64,000 nt of DNA, taken from positions 4,836,001 to 4,900,000 of the forward strand of contig CM030336.1 in the NCBI GenBank assembly GCA_017654855.1. Direction: 5' to 3'. Below the pieces are notes generated by a model, which searched no databases, had not been told where the DNA came from, and saw only the letters and a list, made by a program, of their open reading frames with translations. Shown here in pieces: positions 1-13,000 of the stretch. The stretch comes from Podospora anserina. Taxonomy: Eukaryota. Numbering within the stretch: position 1 is the first letter of the stretch; the number at the start of each line of letters is the position of its first letter. The position numbers and the translations under genes were made by a program.

Positions 1-660
1 CCAGCTTATGCAAGGTGTCAACCGAGTGTTGACGAACCAGCATATAAGACTGATAGAATAGCAAATGCAACATTAGATAAGCGGCCAAAAAACACCAGTT
101 CCATGGAGATAAACCTCATGAGCTCTACATTTGTCCTACCACCCCGCTCCTGAGGCGTGGTCTAGAGACAATAGGCACTGTCGTGACACCCACCATCAGA
201 ACTGAAATGCCGGCTAAGAGCTCAATCCCACGTTGTGGCTGCCAAGAGACCCTGTCAATGCTGCTGACTGCAGATGTACCGTAGAAATTAATCCCGGTAT
301 CAGCATTGGCTGCCGGGTAGCGAGTGAGCAGGTCCTATCGGATGGACTCCTCATAGGGCCGACAGTACGAATTGCCACACTGAGTGCCCATTATCATACA
401 CTATCGAGTTGGAGATGGCTGGGCGGCAAGACCCTCGCAGAACCGAAACTCTCAGTGGCACCCAACCAACGTGGAGGCATCATGAAGAACTTGCATGTGC
501 TTACATGGACTATTGGATGGTGCCCAAGATGCGCGGGCCAACATCCTGGCAGGAGAAAAAGTTGAGATTGCGGCAAGCATAAATAACACAAGCTCCTCGC
601 GGGAATTGTTCAGACAGAGCTTCCACGGCACCTCGTCCCCAATCTTCACACACAGCCACC

Positions 661-2033
661 ATGAAGCTCCTCACAGGCTACCTTCTCCTCCAAACTGCCG
701 GCCTAGCCACGGCTCTGCCCCCCAAGCTCGAGGACTTCAAGCAAAAAGCAATCGACTCCGGCGTCGCCCTCAAAGCCCTCAATGGCATCGCCCTCGCCAA
801 AGCCCTCACCAAATTCAGCGGCACATGCACGCCCTCCAAAGTGAAATACCGCCGCGAATGGCGCACCATCTCCAAGCCCGACCGCAGAAAATTCATCGCC
901 GCGGTCAAGTGCATCATGGCCAAACCCAGCACGCTCCCTCCGGAGGAAGTCCCCGGCGCCAAGTCATTATACGATGACATCGTCTGGGCCCATGCGCGAA
1001 GAAGCGGTCTCGTTCACAACAGCGTTCGCTCCCCTTCTCCTCCGCCCCCCTTTTTCCCACTTTACTAATCCTCACAGGGAACCTTCCTCCTCTTCCACCG
1101 CTACTACCTCCACACCTACGAAACGGAACTCTCCGCCTGCGGCTGGACCGCAGGGCTCCCCTACTGGGAATGGGGCCTCGACATAACCGGGCCCCATCTC
1201 TCCCCCATCTTTGACGGTTCCGACACATCGTTAGGTGGTGACGGCGAGTTCATCCCTAACCGCCCCCCTTTTTCAATCCCTTGGATCGACCCCCTCACAC
1301 CGGAAATCATCATCCCACCCGGGACGGGAGGTGGATGCGTCAAGACAGGTCCGTTTGTCCATCATAAAGTCAGACTTGGGCCGTTCAACATGACAGAGAC
1401 GTTCCCTGTCGAGCCGGAGGATGGGAGGGGGGATAATGAGAGGTGTTTGATTAGGGATTTGAACAAGGGGGGGATTGAGAGGTGGGCGAGTTTTAGGAAT
1501 AGTACTGAGTTGATTTTGGGGAGTGGAGATATCTTTGAGTTTCACGTCAATGCTGTGAGTGCTTCTGACTGGATTGAAAGGTACCGGGAAGGGGGAGTGC
1601 TGCTGACATGCCGGGTGATATAGGAAGGGGATCCGAGATGGGTACCGACCAAGCCGATGGGTGTTCATGGTGGTGGGCATTCGTCGATTGGTGGGGTGGG
1701 CGGGCATGCTGCTGATCCGGTTATTTCGCCGTATGATCCTGCTTTTTGGTTGACGCATGGGCAGTTGGATAGGGTTTATTGGATTTGGCAGATGTTGGAT
1801 TTGGAGAGTCGGAGTGTGAGTTCTGCTGAGCGGAGTCGTTTGTTGTGTGATATGAAAACTGACTTGGCTTCGGACAGGACGTCTTTGGGACTGGCACGTG
1901 GCTCAACATCCCGCCTAGTCCTAATGTTACTGTGGAAGACAGCATCGATGTGTTGCCTCATCAGCCGCCGAGGAAGTTGAAGGAGTTGATGAGTACGGTT
2001 GCGGGAAGCCCGTTCTGTTTTGTCTATGTGTAA
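661..2033 (+). CDS. Secreted tyrosinase / di-copper centre protein (3 introns)
   Basis: Signal peptide MKLLTGYLLLQTAGLATA and RREWR motif. CuA: AH..VHNSGTFLLFHRYY. PYWEW. CuB: GVHGGGH...DPAFWLTHGQLDR. Introns 1024-1077, 1555-1623 and 1816-1877 join the ORF pieces, ending ...PFCFVYV-TAA. Confidence 0.9.
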
Positions 2034-2928
2034 GTGAGACGAGGATGATGGAGTTTACCATTTTCAAGTAGTTAAGGACTGGTATATTTGCTGCACTTCG
2101 TAGCAAGACAGTTAGGAAGTGTTGGGTAATTGTGTTGGCTTCGTAGAGAAACACCGCGATCCCACTGTGACTAGATATCAGTCAGATTCATACATGTTCA
2201 ATTCGGCTTAGTGCTATTCTATCATCCACTCCGTTTTCTTCTTTTTTTTTTTGTCTGTGCACGATCGCCGCCCATTTGTCCCCGTTTGCAAGGCGCGTTC
2301 TTGACAAACCAAAACACGACGCAACTGGTCGCGACTTCATCGACATCATGCCTCCCCTACTCCGAAAGCGCAAAGCCTCTCTCAATGACGATAACTCAGC
2401 ATTAGCAGTAGCCAAGCGGGTAGCCTCACCCACAAACCCGGCGGGCACCCAGCAGAGGACGAGGACAACCGACAGCTGGTCGCTGGACAACCCGACTCGG
2501 TCGCTACATCACAAGTCACCCAAAGGGACAATCTACCGTTTGCCTCACCAAAACACGGTCCTGATGCTGTTCTTGGCCTCGAAAGAAAATGGAACCCTTG
2601 GTGCGACGAAATCCCGAGCAACCTGGCAGACGCGATGGATATGGCTGACTTGTATTCACTCCATTTCCAGGAGCTCGTTGAGGAGGAGCTTGCGAAAAAG
2701 ATCACGATATTGAATGTGAGTGGTGGCGTGCTGTATCTTCCTTGCTGGACAACCCGCCAATTTGCTCATCAATCACTAATGACATCGCATGGATATACGG
2801 GCGCCAAACCCTCGACTCATGATGCTTCTTCGCCAACATATTGGGTCGTTGTCCCTTACCAAAAAATCAGATTGCGCATCCATGCTGCAGCAGCACCTCT
2901 CTATGAAACGGTGTCTTCAACAGCTGGT

Positions 2929-3330
2929 ATGTACAATTCGACCCTGAGCCAAGGGCTAGAAAAGTTTACTCCCCATCTGGAGACTCTTTCTGAGCTTCGA
3001 GGATGAGCATGTTTACAAAGAAAGCTACGAGTTGGCAATGGTTCTGAAGGGTTACTGGTGGTGTCTCGGGAAGAAGTGGTCCGAAACTGACCGATTGCTG
3101 GTGGCTCGGGCTGGGCCGTCCGCTGGTTTGATGAGGTACTGGGAGAAATTATCGGTCGTTGGAGACAATTTGGGGCCCTGCTGGGATGTGGAAGGCGACT
3201 TGGACAAAATGACTGCGGAATGGCGAGCGCGATAGGTCTCCTGTTTGGGGGAACACACCTCGGAACCGTGGTTTGACGAGTCACGGCGACTGTTGGGGAT
3301 CATGTGTGGAGTATTTCCAAGGCTAGAGAG
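2929..3330 (+). pseudogene. Copy 1 of unknown repeated domain (frameshift ~2998, stop 3233-3235)
   Basis: YNSTLSQGLEKFTPHLETLSEL / EDEHVYKESYELAMVLKGYWW...WDVEGDLDKMTAEWRAR*...EPWFDESRRLL aligns by eye with copies 2-6. Possible upstream exons in 2276-2900 are unresolved. Confidence 0.5.
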
Positions 3331-3726
3331 CTCTCCGGAAACAGGCCGCTCGTGCTACAACTGAGATTGTATGTGGGCAATGGCTTGGCAGCTTCGAATG
3401 GCTGATGGAAGGGTCCTGGTTCTGAGGTGGCGTTATGTGGGGCTGGTGACCTAAGCAAGTCACTGGCTGCGAAAAGTGAGGCCAAAAATGGCCAGAAAAG
3501 TAGACAATTTGGTGATACAGTAATTGGTTGTTGGTTGTTAAGTCTAAAACAAATAGGAAATCCAGCCTTAAAAGTAAACCGGGGTGGGTCTGGTGAAAGC
3601 TTGGGCCCTTTGTCTGGTGCCCCACACGTTAGGATCTGCGGAGCGTCGTATCACTTTCTCTTGTTTCCCATTGCTGCTCATCGATACTTAGGGTAATGCC
3701 CCCCTAAAGTTTCTCAATTCTTAACT

Positions 3727-4113
3727 TTGAAGCCCGTGGTGGACCCGTTCGGCCTGTATGACAACCACACCCTGAAACACGCCATGTGGCGATTCATCCC
3801 TGGGATCCGTGAGATATCCGAGGCTAGTGAGGAAGGTTGCCTATCGACCTGCGACTCATTGGTGGATGCATACAAGCTGATGATGTACCTGGGCAAATTC
3901 CAGTACGTTCCTCATGTGCCGAGCGAAGGTATCGACCAGCACGATAGAAACTATGATGATTTTCCGGCAAGTCTCATCCGACGGAGGATGGAAGCCGGAC
4001 ATCACCTTCGTGACGGGAAGGTCCATGAGTGCTACTCTATTTTGCTGGAGCGATCAAAGGAACGGAAGGTTCGGGGTGATGAGGCGTGTTATGCTGAGCC
4101 TTTGTCGTTGTGA
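3727..4113 (+). pseudogene. Copy 2 of unknown repeated domain (5' end unresolved)
   Basis: NHTLKHAMWRFIPGIREIS...DSLVDAYKLMMYLGKFQY...SLIRRRMEAGH matches copies 4 and 5. The ORF opens on TTG and no upstream exon was found. Confidence 0.5.
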
Positions 4114-5083
4114 TGAATTGGGAGTAAGAAGTGAGGTTGAGTAAGCTACCACGTTCGGTAATGTGGAACTTGGAGATCCCAGTTGTATTAGTACATTGAT
4201 TAATGTCTGTCTGAAGAAGAAAAGTCTGCCCTAAAGAGCGTAAGAATGGCAATTTATATAGACCGAGAGCACCACCAAAAAGACCGTATCCTTCCAAGGC
4301 TTTCAAAGGCCTTGCGTAAGCTCTCGTGAGCTTTATAATACTCTATAAGAGCCAGAAAATTGCGCCGAAGCCAGATAAAAGAGCGTAGACCTATTTCTCC
4401 GTCTGAGGCTATATTGGTCTACACGTAAGCCACGCTGCTCTTGCAAGCCTGCAGGAGCCAAGGCGGGCCAAGCCATACGCCACACCTTCACAGGTAATCT
4501 TCCATGTTAGCTCAAGGAATAAAAGTTGAGTTTGCTACGAGTTGTATGACAGTGGATGGATATATTCTGTGAGCGTCCTGCCAAGACCATGAGCGCTTCC
4601 ACGTCTCATGTGCCGCCAACCTGCTTGGCATCCAGCTGACCGACAACCAGCCAAGCCCTCAACCCAACAACACATATCTCAACCGGACGTCATTTGACAC
4701 GGTTCAAAGGAACACGGCAGTAAAATAAAATGGTGAGAGGGCCAGTTGTTGCTTTGGACAACCCCGGTCACGCGTCTTGTGGAACACACATGCACCGACG
4801 ACGATTGGAACGCCCCTTTCATTCTTGATGGCCCTTCTCGCCGGAAACACAAACCCAACAACGACAGCCCCTCCCAGCCGATGAATATGTCAGATTCAAG
4901 GAAGAAGAAACGCGAACCCCGGCCCAGTCCCGAGAATTACCTCGCCAAAGGTATACCGTCAAAGCCATCTTATCAGATCCTGTCAGACTAACCTGTTGAC
5001 CCTTCAGAACCTGCCCAGTCTTTCAAAGCCCTCACGTACTCTGCTCTAGTACGGGGTCTGCAGCAATTGCAGCTGAGCGGATC

Positions 5084-5452
5084 ATGTCTCGAATTAGCAG
5101 CGAGGAGAAGCCCGTAGAGGAGGAGGTAGCTGTTAGTGTTGAGGATGATGGCCGCTGTTCCGAGTCCATCGAAAAGTACGACCATAGTCTTGATGAGTTG
5201 TGTACCGAAGTTATCAAAAAGTGTGCAGACTCGGAGACTCCGAGTCAGGCAAACGGCGGCCTAAAGTGCCCGCAAGCGACGCAGGACTTTCGTGAGTGGC
5301 AAGAGGACCGTGAGGATCTGGGGATTACGGATTGGCTTCCTGAAAGAAAGGCGTTGGACTTGCTTGCATATCCACCGCCGAAGAGCTGGGGGGCGGCGAC
5401 TGACCTTGGTGGAAATGGGATTTGTCACGCTGAAGCCAAAAAAAGAAAATGA
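5084..5452 (+). pseudogene. Copy 3 (C-terminal half) of unknown repeated domain
   Basis: DHSLDELCTEVIKK...REDLGITDWLPERKAL resembles DVQLDELITDLIGKR...RADKGTKRWLLQSGQAL of copy 4. Confidence 0.4.
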
Positions 5453-6012
5453 GGATTTGGTGGCTGATCTGAACTGAGTTTGGCTCGAGTCAGCTTTTTT
5501 GTTGGCAGGTGACTGAATTGAACACGGTATCGGGCGGAACACACACCAAGAGAAAGCTTAATACCTACCTGATCAGATGTGCTCACATTTCCCCTCCGCA
5601 CTGCTCTCTTCTCCTTTTCTGTTCTGCCAGCTACATTCACTGATCGATCCGTAAGACCAAGTCCGCCTCAGGCTACCTCCAAACATGGATCTAGACAGGC
5701 CGGCACCGAAGAATACTCCAGTTTCAAGGACCGCGGCAGCTGGTCCAAGCTCTGAACAGACGAAGCGGTTCAAAGATTTTTAGCAAGACAAAAACGAACC
5801 GAGGGACATGAAAGACTTGATGGAAGAAAATGCTCTCCTAAAAGCTCAACTTGCTCAGGTTATTGACTTTGTTGACCAGCAGTTTGTTGCAGCGAGTACG
5901 CACGACCAAACTTCATGTTTGACTCTCCTTGACCATTTTGAACTGACGTAGTGTATCAGATGCATCTTCTTCTCTTCAAGACCTATTTGTATCCCGCCTC
6001 GGTCCTCGAACT

Positions 6013-6495
6013 TTGGCCGAATCACTGCTCAAAAGCATGGCCACCGTCGCGTCACCACTTTACACCAAGGCGTTTTGGCCTAAAAAGACCGAAATCTCCA
6101 ACGATGACCTGTGCGTCGCCACGTCGAAGCTCATAGAACCAATCCGAAAGATTGCCGATATTAATCATGCGGACTCTCTCAAGCAGGCTCACAGGCTTGT
6201 TTTTGAGCTTCGGGCTTGGTAGTTCAACGAGGCCTACGTCTGTCATGATTTATATGGCTCTGCCGACAGAGATGTTCAGCTTGACGAGCTGATAACCGAT
6301 TTGATTGGGAAAAGAAAGGGAGCCGGACATCGCTGGGCGTGGAAAGCTGAGCTGGAAAGGCTCGAGAAAGAAGCCAAGATGCGGGCTGATAAGGGAACAA
6401 AGCGGTGGTTGTTGCAATCAGGCCAGGCGCTGAAAGAGCTTGTGGACCAGGTGGGTCCTGGTGATGAAGATGTCATGCCAGCGAAAAAAACATAG
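6013..6495 (+). pseudogene. Copy 4 of unknown repeated domain (in-frame TAG 6220-6222)
   Basis: ORFs 6013-6222 and 6301-6495 share a frame. SNDDLCVATSKLIEPIRKIADINHADSLKQAHRLVFELRAW*FNE has a stop where copy 5 has WW. A probable upstream exon from 5686 also carries an in-frame TAG (~5781). Confidence 0.6.
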
Positions 6496-6890
6496 AAACT
6501 ACGATCGCACGCATAGCGGTGTCAGTAACGACGACATAGCCAGAGAAACCGCGCGGTTCATCGAGCCCATTCGAGAGATTTCCGCAATTGATCATAAAGA
6601 CGCCCTTGCTGAGGCGTATGGCTCGGTATTTGAAACGAACCAATGGTGGTATACTGAGGAGGGAGAGAACGAGGACGGTTATACCTCTTAACGTTGCGGT
6701 CTTCATCGCGGTCTTCATTGCGAGTGTTGTGTATCAACGCCATGAAGACAAGGGTGGACAAGCTCGAAAAGACTTGCGCAATGGAACCAATGACTGGCGG
6801 GATGGAATGGAGAAACGTTCCAAGCTCGTCTAGACACCGGACAGCAGCGGCTAAAGTATCTCGAGAAAAACACACGAGACTAAGCATTAC
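6490..6890 (+). pseudogene. Copy 5 of unknown repeated domain (frameshifted)
   Basis: SNDDIARETARFIEPIREISAIDHKDALAEAYGSVFETNQWWY is a clear paralogue of copy 4. Confidence 0.6.
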
Positions 6891-7835
6891 TTAGCTGAAA
6901 TATAAAACTTACGGGGCAATCAAGGTACCTACCTAAGTCGAAGCAACTGGCTCATACATAGACCCCATCGTCAACAAACATTGCAGATCCCATTTCTATA
7001 TTTTCTAGGCAAAGCGGTAATCATTCCTCCACCCACCGCCAACAACATTCCTTTCTCGTTCAACAATCTAAGCTTTTCCGCATCATTTACTGCATACCAA
7101 CGATGGGGAGAAGCCAATACTATCAGCCCTGGTCGCCAGTGCCCACCCTCAGTCTTTCCTCTTGTTTATGGACCAATCCTCCCTACGAAAGGACCTCCAA
7201 ACCAGAAGTCGGCAGCCAGACGGCTGAGGAGGAAGACTGCGGAAGAATGGATGCACTACAACTACGTCCGAAACGTCCCCTCGTCCATTCGTCGCTTCGT
7301 TGGAAAGAGGTAGCACTTTCGTTTGATCTCCCAGATTCATGATATTCTCGGATCTTTTATCATTAAGAACCACCGATTCTGTGGTAAGTTGCTCTGCACC
7401 TACATTACGTAGACTCCGTACGGCTGATGTTGATGGTATCCCTCGACAGCTAACCTTGCCTTTCTCAGACCTTCCGCCGCACATTCAGGTTATAATTCGG
7501 ACCGAGTGGCGGTACCGACCCAATAGGCGCCAGAGTACCTTGACAGAGATACTGCATGTGAAATCTATAAAATGGCTCACGGTCGGGTTCATTGCTTAGC
7601 AACCTACCAATGTCAAAGGCTAGGCGTAACCTGTTTCTTGCGTTCGAGATTTGCACCATTATTGACCCGTCATTTCAGACCTCCATCCAGCTGTTAGATC
7701 CATAGTACAACAACCAGGAACGGTCGCTCAAGGCCGCGTCTGATGAGCTGAAAAAGCGCATCGACGACTCCTACCTCCCATATCCCAATCACCGCCGCGC
7801 CGACCCCCCTCCTCCGGTTCAGACTCCACATTCTG

Positions 7836-8170
7836 CAATTTATTGGCCCCATCAGAGCCATCCTCAACATGGACCGCCCCGATGCTGCAAAGGAGGCTTA
7901 CGGGTGCGTTCGTTTTCTGTGGAACCTCTGGTACGATTTATGCCGGCCCGAGCATGACGATACTGATGACGAACTGGCCTCGGACGAGGAGTGTATGGAG
8001 GCTCTTGAAGTTGAACCTGACCCGTCAGCTGTGACCGATGGTGATGACTGGGACTATCATCAGGGATATTCTAGCGGCTGTGGCGCAATGAACGTGAGGA
8101 TGATCAGCCTGTTGTGAGTGATGGTTACGACAAACAGCCTCCAGACGAGTATTTTGAACGGAGTTAAAGG
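7836..8170 (+). pseudogene. Copy 6 of unknown repeated domain (frameshifted)
   Basis: QFIGPIRAILNMDRPDAAKEAYGCVRFLWNLWY matches RFIEPIREISAIDHKDALAEAYGSVFETNQWWY. Broken upstream exons probably lie in 7100-7830. Confidence 0.5.
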
Positions 8171-8257
8171 TCTGATCTCTAAGGTAGGTATCTAGTCTTC
8201 GTCGTACCGCTTTCACACTCGTGTAAAAGATAAAGATGATGGGAACCGATAGTAGCA

Positions 8258-9567
8258 TTATATGCGTGCCTGCTTCATGTCTCCACGTATGTCAGCCTTC
8301 AACTTCACCCATGCCTCTCTGTCCTGGACGGCGGTTTTCAAACCCGCCGTGCTCCACCGCGGAGAGTCAATATGCATCCTTATGTGCCCGTTCTTGTATG
8401 CCGTCCACGCCCGAGCAGCCTGGTCCATGCTCCACAGACGGCGCTGCTCTTCACTGCAATGCCTGTGGCATCAACAGTTAGCGCTCTTCTGGCACTTAAT
8501 CACGGGGAATAGACCTACCTAGGATACTCCACAAACGCCCTGTCAGCCTCACGCACAACCTGCACCAACTCATCCATTATCTCGCAGAGACCATCTCGGT
8601 AGGTGTACAGATTCCCATCCTGCCCGAACCGCGACGGCGTCCCAGACTGGCGGCGGACAAGAGTTTGAAGCGTGACGTAGTTGATGTCCATTCCTCCTTC
8701 TGGATTGACAGAGGCCAGTATTTCCTTGGAAAAGGACATAAGATCGTTGACCCGGTCCGTGAACCGTACAAGCGGATTCAGAGCGGGAATCCAGTAGTCG
8801 AACGGCACGCTGTGGAACAGACCAGCGATATACGCCGCTGACGCGCCAGATTGCGCCCGAAGCCAGCGCGGGAATCCAGCAGGGCAACAATGGTGAAAGC
8901 TGTGCTTGCTGGTGGATGGTGGCCTCAGATGCGGCGGCACGTCCCAAATGCTTCCGTTGAATCGTTTCTCGTTCTCCAGCGAAGAGATATAGTTGAACAG
9001 CGCCTCGCCGCCCAAGACCCCTGCGCGTGGATCATTCTCTCCAAAGTGGGCGATGTACTCGCGAACAAGACGGGTGAAGAACCCGAGCCAACCGCTGCGT
9101 TCTGTGGCTGCTTCGCTACCCATCAGGATGTCATACACGTAGCGCCCGAACAGGGGTGCTTCTTCATGGCCGGCGAAATCGTCCAGCACAATGCCAGCCA
9201 CTGACATCCGCGCCAGGTGGGTACGGCTTGTCGAGTCGTGATATGGGTAGAGGTAGTCCGACAAGACAGCGGCAGTGCGTACGGCGGCGTTGACGATCTT
9301 GGTTTTGGAGGGATCGTCACCGCAGAGCGGGAGCACGTGGTCGGCACACCATGCGGTTAGGTCGGAATCGAACTGGGAGTCGTGAGTGCGAGAATCTGAT
9401 GCGTCGAAGCCTAGCTCGTCGAGGCAGTGTGCTGTGAGCACTTCGAGGAGGTGGCGGGCTGTGCCAAGTGCTTCTGGGGAAGCAATCGTGTGCGTCTCGC
9501 CTGGGGCAAAGTCGAAGATGGCGAATTCGGGGCGGGAGAGCAGCTGGACGAAGGTAAACTCGGCCAT
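8258..9567 (-). CDS. Trichodiene-synthase-like class I terpene cyclase (1 intron)
   Basis: Asp-rich LDDFAGHEE, WLRAQSGASAAY, NSE triad NDLMSFSKE and NYV. Intron 8463-8518 (GTAGGT..GCTAAC..CAG) adds an exon ...AYKNGHIRMHIDSPRW...ARI-TAA. ATG at 9567. Confidence 0.8.
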
Positions 9568-10088
9568 TTTGACTGTCAGGCAAGCCAATTATTTGAAAGT
9601 TGATGGATAGGTACAGGTATCCCTTCGGGAGGTAAAATGGGCGGAGTTTAAGAATCATGACTTTTGGACCCCACCCAAGTTCTCCCTCATCCGACCACAT
9701 TTGACCGCTATCCGAAACGAAGACAAAAATGTTGCATGGCTTCGGAGGGAAGGTGGGCTGCACAGATCGGAGTCGAAGAGTGATGAACTTGAGACCATGA
9801 GATGTGAGTGGCTATAGTATCTATCTAGTGTAACCACATCCAAACACTACACCATGCATGTAGTATGCGGGCCGAGCCACATTATCGTCGGATCATTGCA
9901 TCTCTTCCCGCCCGAGTGCCGAAAGGAGTACGTAACCGATCAGACGTACGATGATACGCCTGGCAGGTAGACTCTCACTTCCCGGTTTGCCTAGCCTGAA
10001 CCTGGTTGGGTATGCCAACCCCCCGTACCTGTATGAAGCGATGGCGGTGGCCCAGAATGGATTCAATGGAAACCGCAAGGTAAGGCAC

Positions 10089-13000
10089 CTATTCCAGTGT
10101 CACCACTTCCAACACCCCCACCAACCTCTTCCACACAGCAGCACTCTCCTCATCATCCCCATTTGTCAACGTTCCCCTATTCCCAATCACAACCAATCCC
10201 CTCCTGGCCCTCGTAAGCGCGACATTCAACCTCCTCATATCCGTCAAGAACCCAATATCCCTCTTCTCATTACACCTCACCGTCACAAAAACAACCACGT
10301 CCGCCTCCCTCCCCTGAAAAGCATCAATACTGCTCACCTCCACCAACCCCGACCCCATAACCTGACCCAACACCCGTTTCAGCAAATCAACTTGCTTCGC
10401 ATACGGCGTTAAAACCGCCACAGTCTGGCTGACCCCTTTTTCCCCATCAGCAGCAGTAGCCAAAAGCGTACAAACCCCCAAACAAACCCCCGCCTGCCCT
10501 TTATTTACTTTACTTTTCCCCTCCACCTCCTCCCGATCAGCACACTCAACCCAAACCCCCCTTTTATCCCGCATTGGCCACGAAAACCCCGTCTTTTCCA
10601 ACCCCCTCTCATTGTCCCTCAATCCGGTAATCAACCTCCCTCGGTAAAACTCTGTAGAAGGGAAGTCACATAACGAGCTGTGCATCCGGTACTGCGTGTC
10701 GAGCATCAACCTCCCGAAACCCTCCCCTCTGGAAGAGGTGAACAGCCTCTCAAAAAGGGAACAATCACCCCCCAGAGTCACAACCTCCGGCCTCACGGTC
10801 GGTCTTAGTTGAACGTGATCACCCACCAAAACAGCCCTTTGACACCCCTTTACTAACGGCACGAGGGCGCACCCCTCTGTCTGCTGGGAGGCTTCGTCTA
10901 TGATGACAATATCAAACATTTCATTCCTTAACAGTCCCAAACTTGAGCCTATGCAAGTCGAAAACACGATTTTGGCAGCCTTGACACGTTTTTTGGCTTT
11001 GGTGGTCTCGGCGCGGGAGTGGAGGGTGTTGAGTTCGATTCCGGCCATTGCGTCGAGGGTGTAAGGCGTGACGTCGGGGGAGACTTTACGGATTTCGGTA
11101 GAGATCCGCAAGGGGGGGTGGGTGGGGTTAAGGGAGAGGTACCGCCGGAGAACGTTATCTACCGCGTTGTGGGTTGGGGCTGTGAGGAGGATGCGGGAGT
11201 CAGGGAAGTGGGATTGGAGAGACAGGATGATGGAGAGGATGGTTTCTGTTTTGCCTGTTCCCGGGGGTCCCCAGAGGCATAAAAGGGGAGTGGTGAGGGA
11301 GGTGGAGACGGCGAGGTTCTGGGAGGGGTTGAGATGGGGGTAGGGGCTGACGCTTTCCGGGGGAGGGGGAGAAAAGGGTTGGGATTCAAGGCCGAGGAGG
11401 TAGGGGGATATGGGACAGCACTCGTCTGATTGGGTGGCAAAGAGGAGGATAGCGTCAAGGGTTGTTTTTGCGGTTGTGAAAGGGGTGCAGTAGGTGAGTT
11501 TCCATTGACAGTGGGAATAGTATGGCGGTAAGGGGTGGAAGCACTGGAATTTTGCACGGCCGGGTTCGGATTGGAGGACGAGGGCGTCGATGGAGTAACG
11601 TTTCTCGAGGAGGGAGTTTGCGGGCGCTGAGGCAGCGGTTAAACGGACGTGGGCGGCGTTGTCGAGCCGGGCATTGTCTGAGTCGATGCGGAAGCTTACC
11701 TCGACGACTTGGTAGCCGTCTTCGTCTTTGTCGAGGAGGTGTAACTTGAGGAGGTCTTTTCTTGGCTCTGACTTTTCTGAGGCCTCTCCGATGTGTTCTA
11801 GCGCTGTGGTGATCAAGTTTCGGACAAAGTGGTTGACGGCAGCTGGCCGACCGGGAAGGAGACGCGATGCTTCGGGCTCGAAACACTCGAGTAGAATATC
11901 CATTGCCACTTCTGGTATTCTGACCGTCAATGAGATCAGTCTGACAAGCTCGGCGAACTGGTGCATTGATAAGACTTTGATACGTGAGAGATATGACTTG
12001 AGGGGGGCGACAACGAGTTCTTTGGCATCGTTGGCTGAAAGAATGAACCCGGTGAGGACTTCTTGGGCGTATGCTTCCAAAATGTCTACCAGCTCTTCTG
12101 TCTTCTCGTCAACAGCCTCGATGGGCGGCATCCTGCCAAAGGCAATAGCCAGTGATGGCGCCAGGCGTAGGAAACCAAGCATCACGCGGAGAATATCCGC
12201 CGACGAGACTCTTGTCAGAGGGCTAGGTTCGTTGCTGCTAATGCCCAGCAAGAGATAATCAAAGCACTTGAAGAGAATGAGACTTTGATCCCTGTCCAGC
12301 AACCAGGAAAACAATTCCTCAAACTGCTTCGGCGACGTCAATTCCCTCATCCAAGGCAGCTTTCCATCCTTTGCAATCGCGACAGTAAAGTCCGGCTCAG
12401 AGCCCCAGTCAACATCCTTCAAGGTCGGAATGGTGTATTCTTCCGCCTCCTGGTCAAACAGCGGCAGTGTTGTATCCGTGTCGATATGCTCAAGCCACAA
12501 GTCGAGATTCCTCATTGACTTGACGTCTCTGTTGCTGATAACGTAGACCTCGGCGGCTGTCACTGCATTCCGGTTCACTCTGCCGATATGTCGCTGCAGA
12601 CCCCTGCTGAACTTGTCGAGGGCGATACTGGCACGGAAGTCAACATTGGTTCCGGAGTCGATGGTCGCTTGGCGTTGTCTTCGCTTGTCGCCTTTGTTTT
12701 CTGCGGCCCTGTAGGAGCTGTCGTCCGAGGGGCTGCGGTTGATGAAGATCCAGGTGTTTCCACGCTGGCCTTCAAACAGTTGAAACTGTCTCTCGTCGCA
12801 ATACAGACGGTATGTCATCTTGGTGGGAAGGGTCATACGGCTCTGCCGTTCAGTGCCCTGGGTGTGAGGAAAGGCAAATAACCGCACAGTGTCATCGACA
12901 AGGGAGTCTTGGGATGTCTCAATCTTGCGGGGAACGTAGATGGCTACGGTCAAACGTTCGTCGACTTGGAGGATGATCAGCTTGCGGTGAAATGTTTCCA

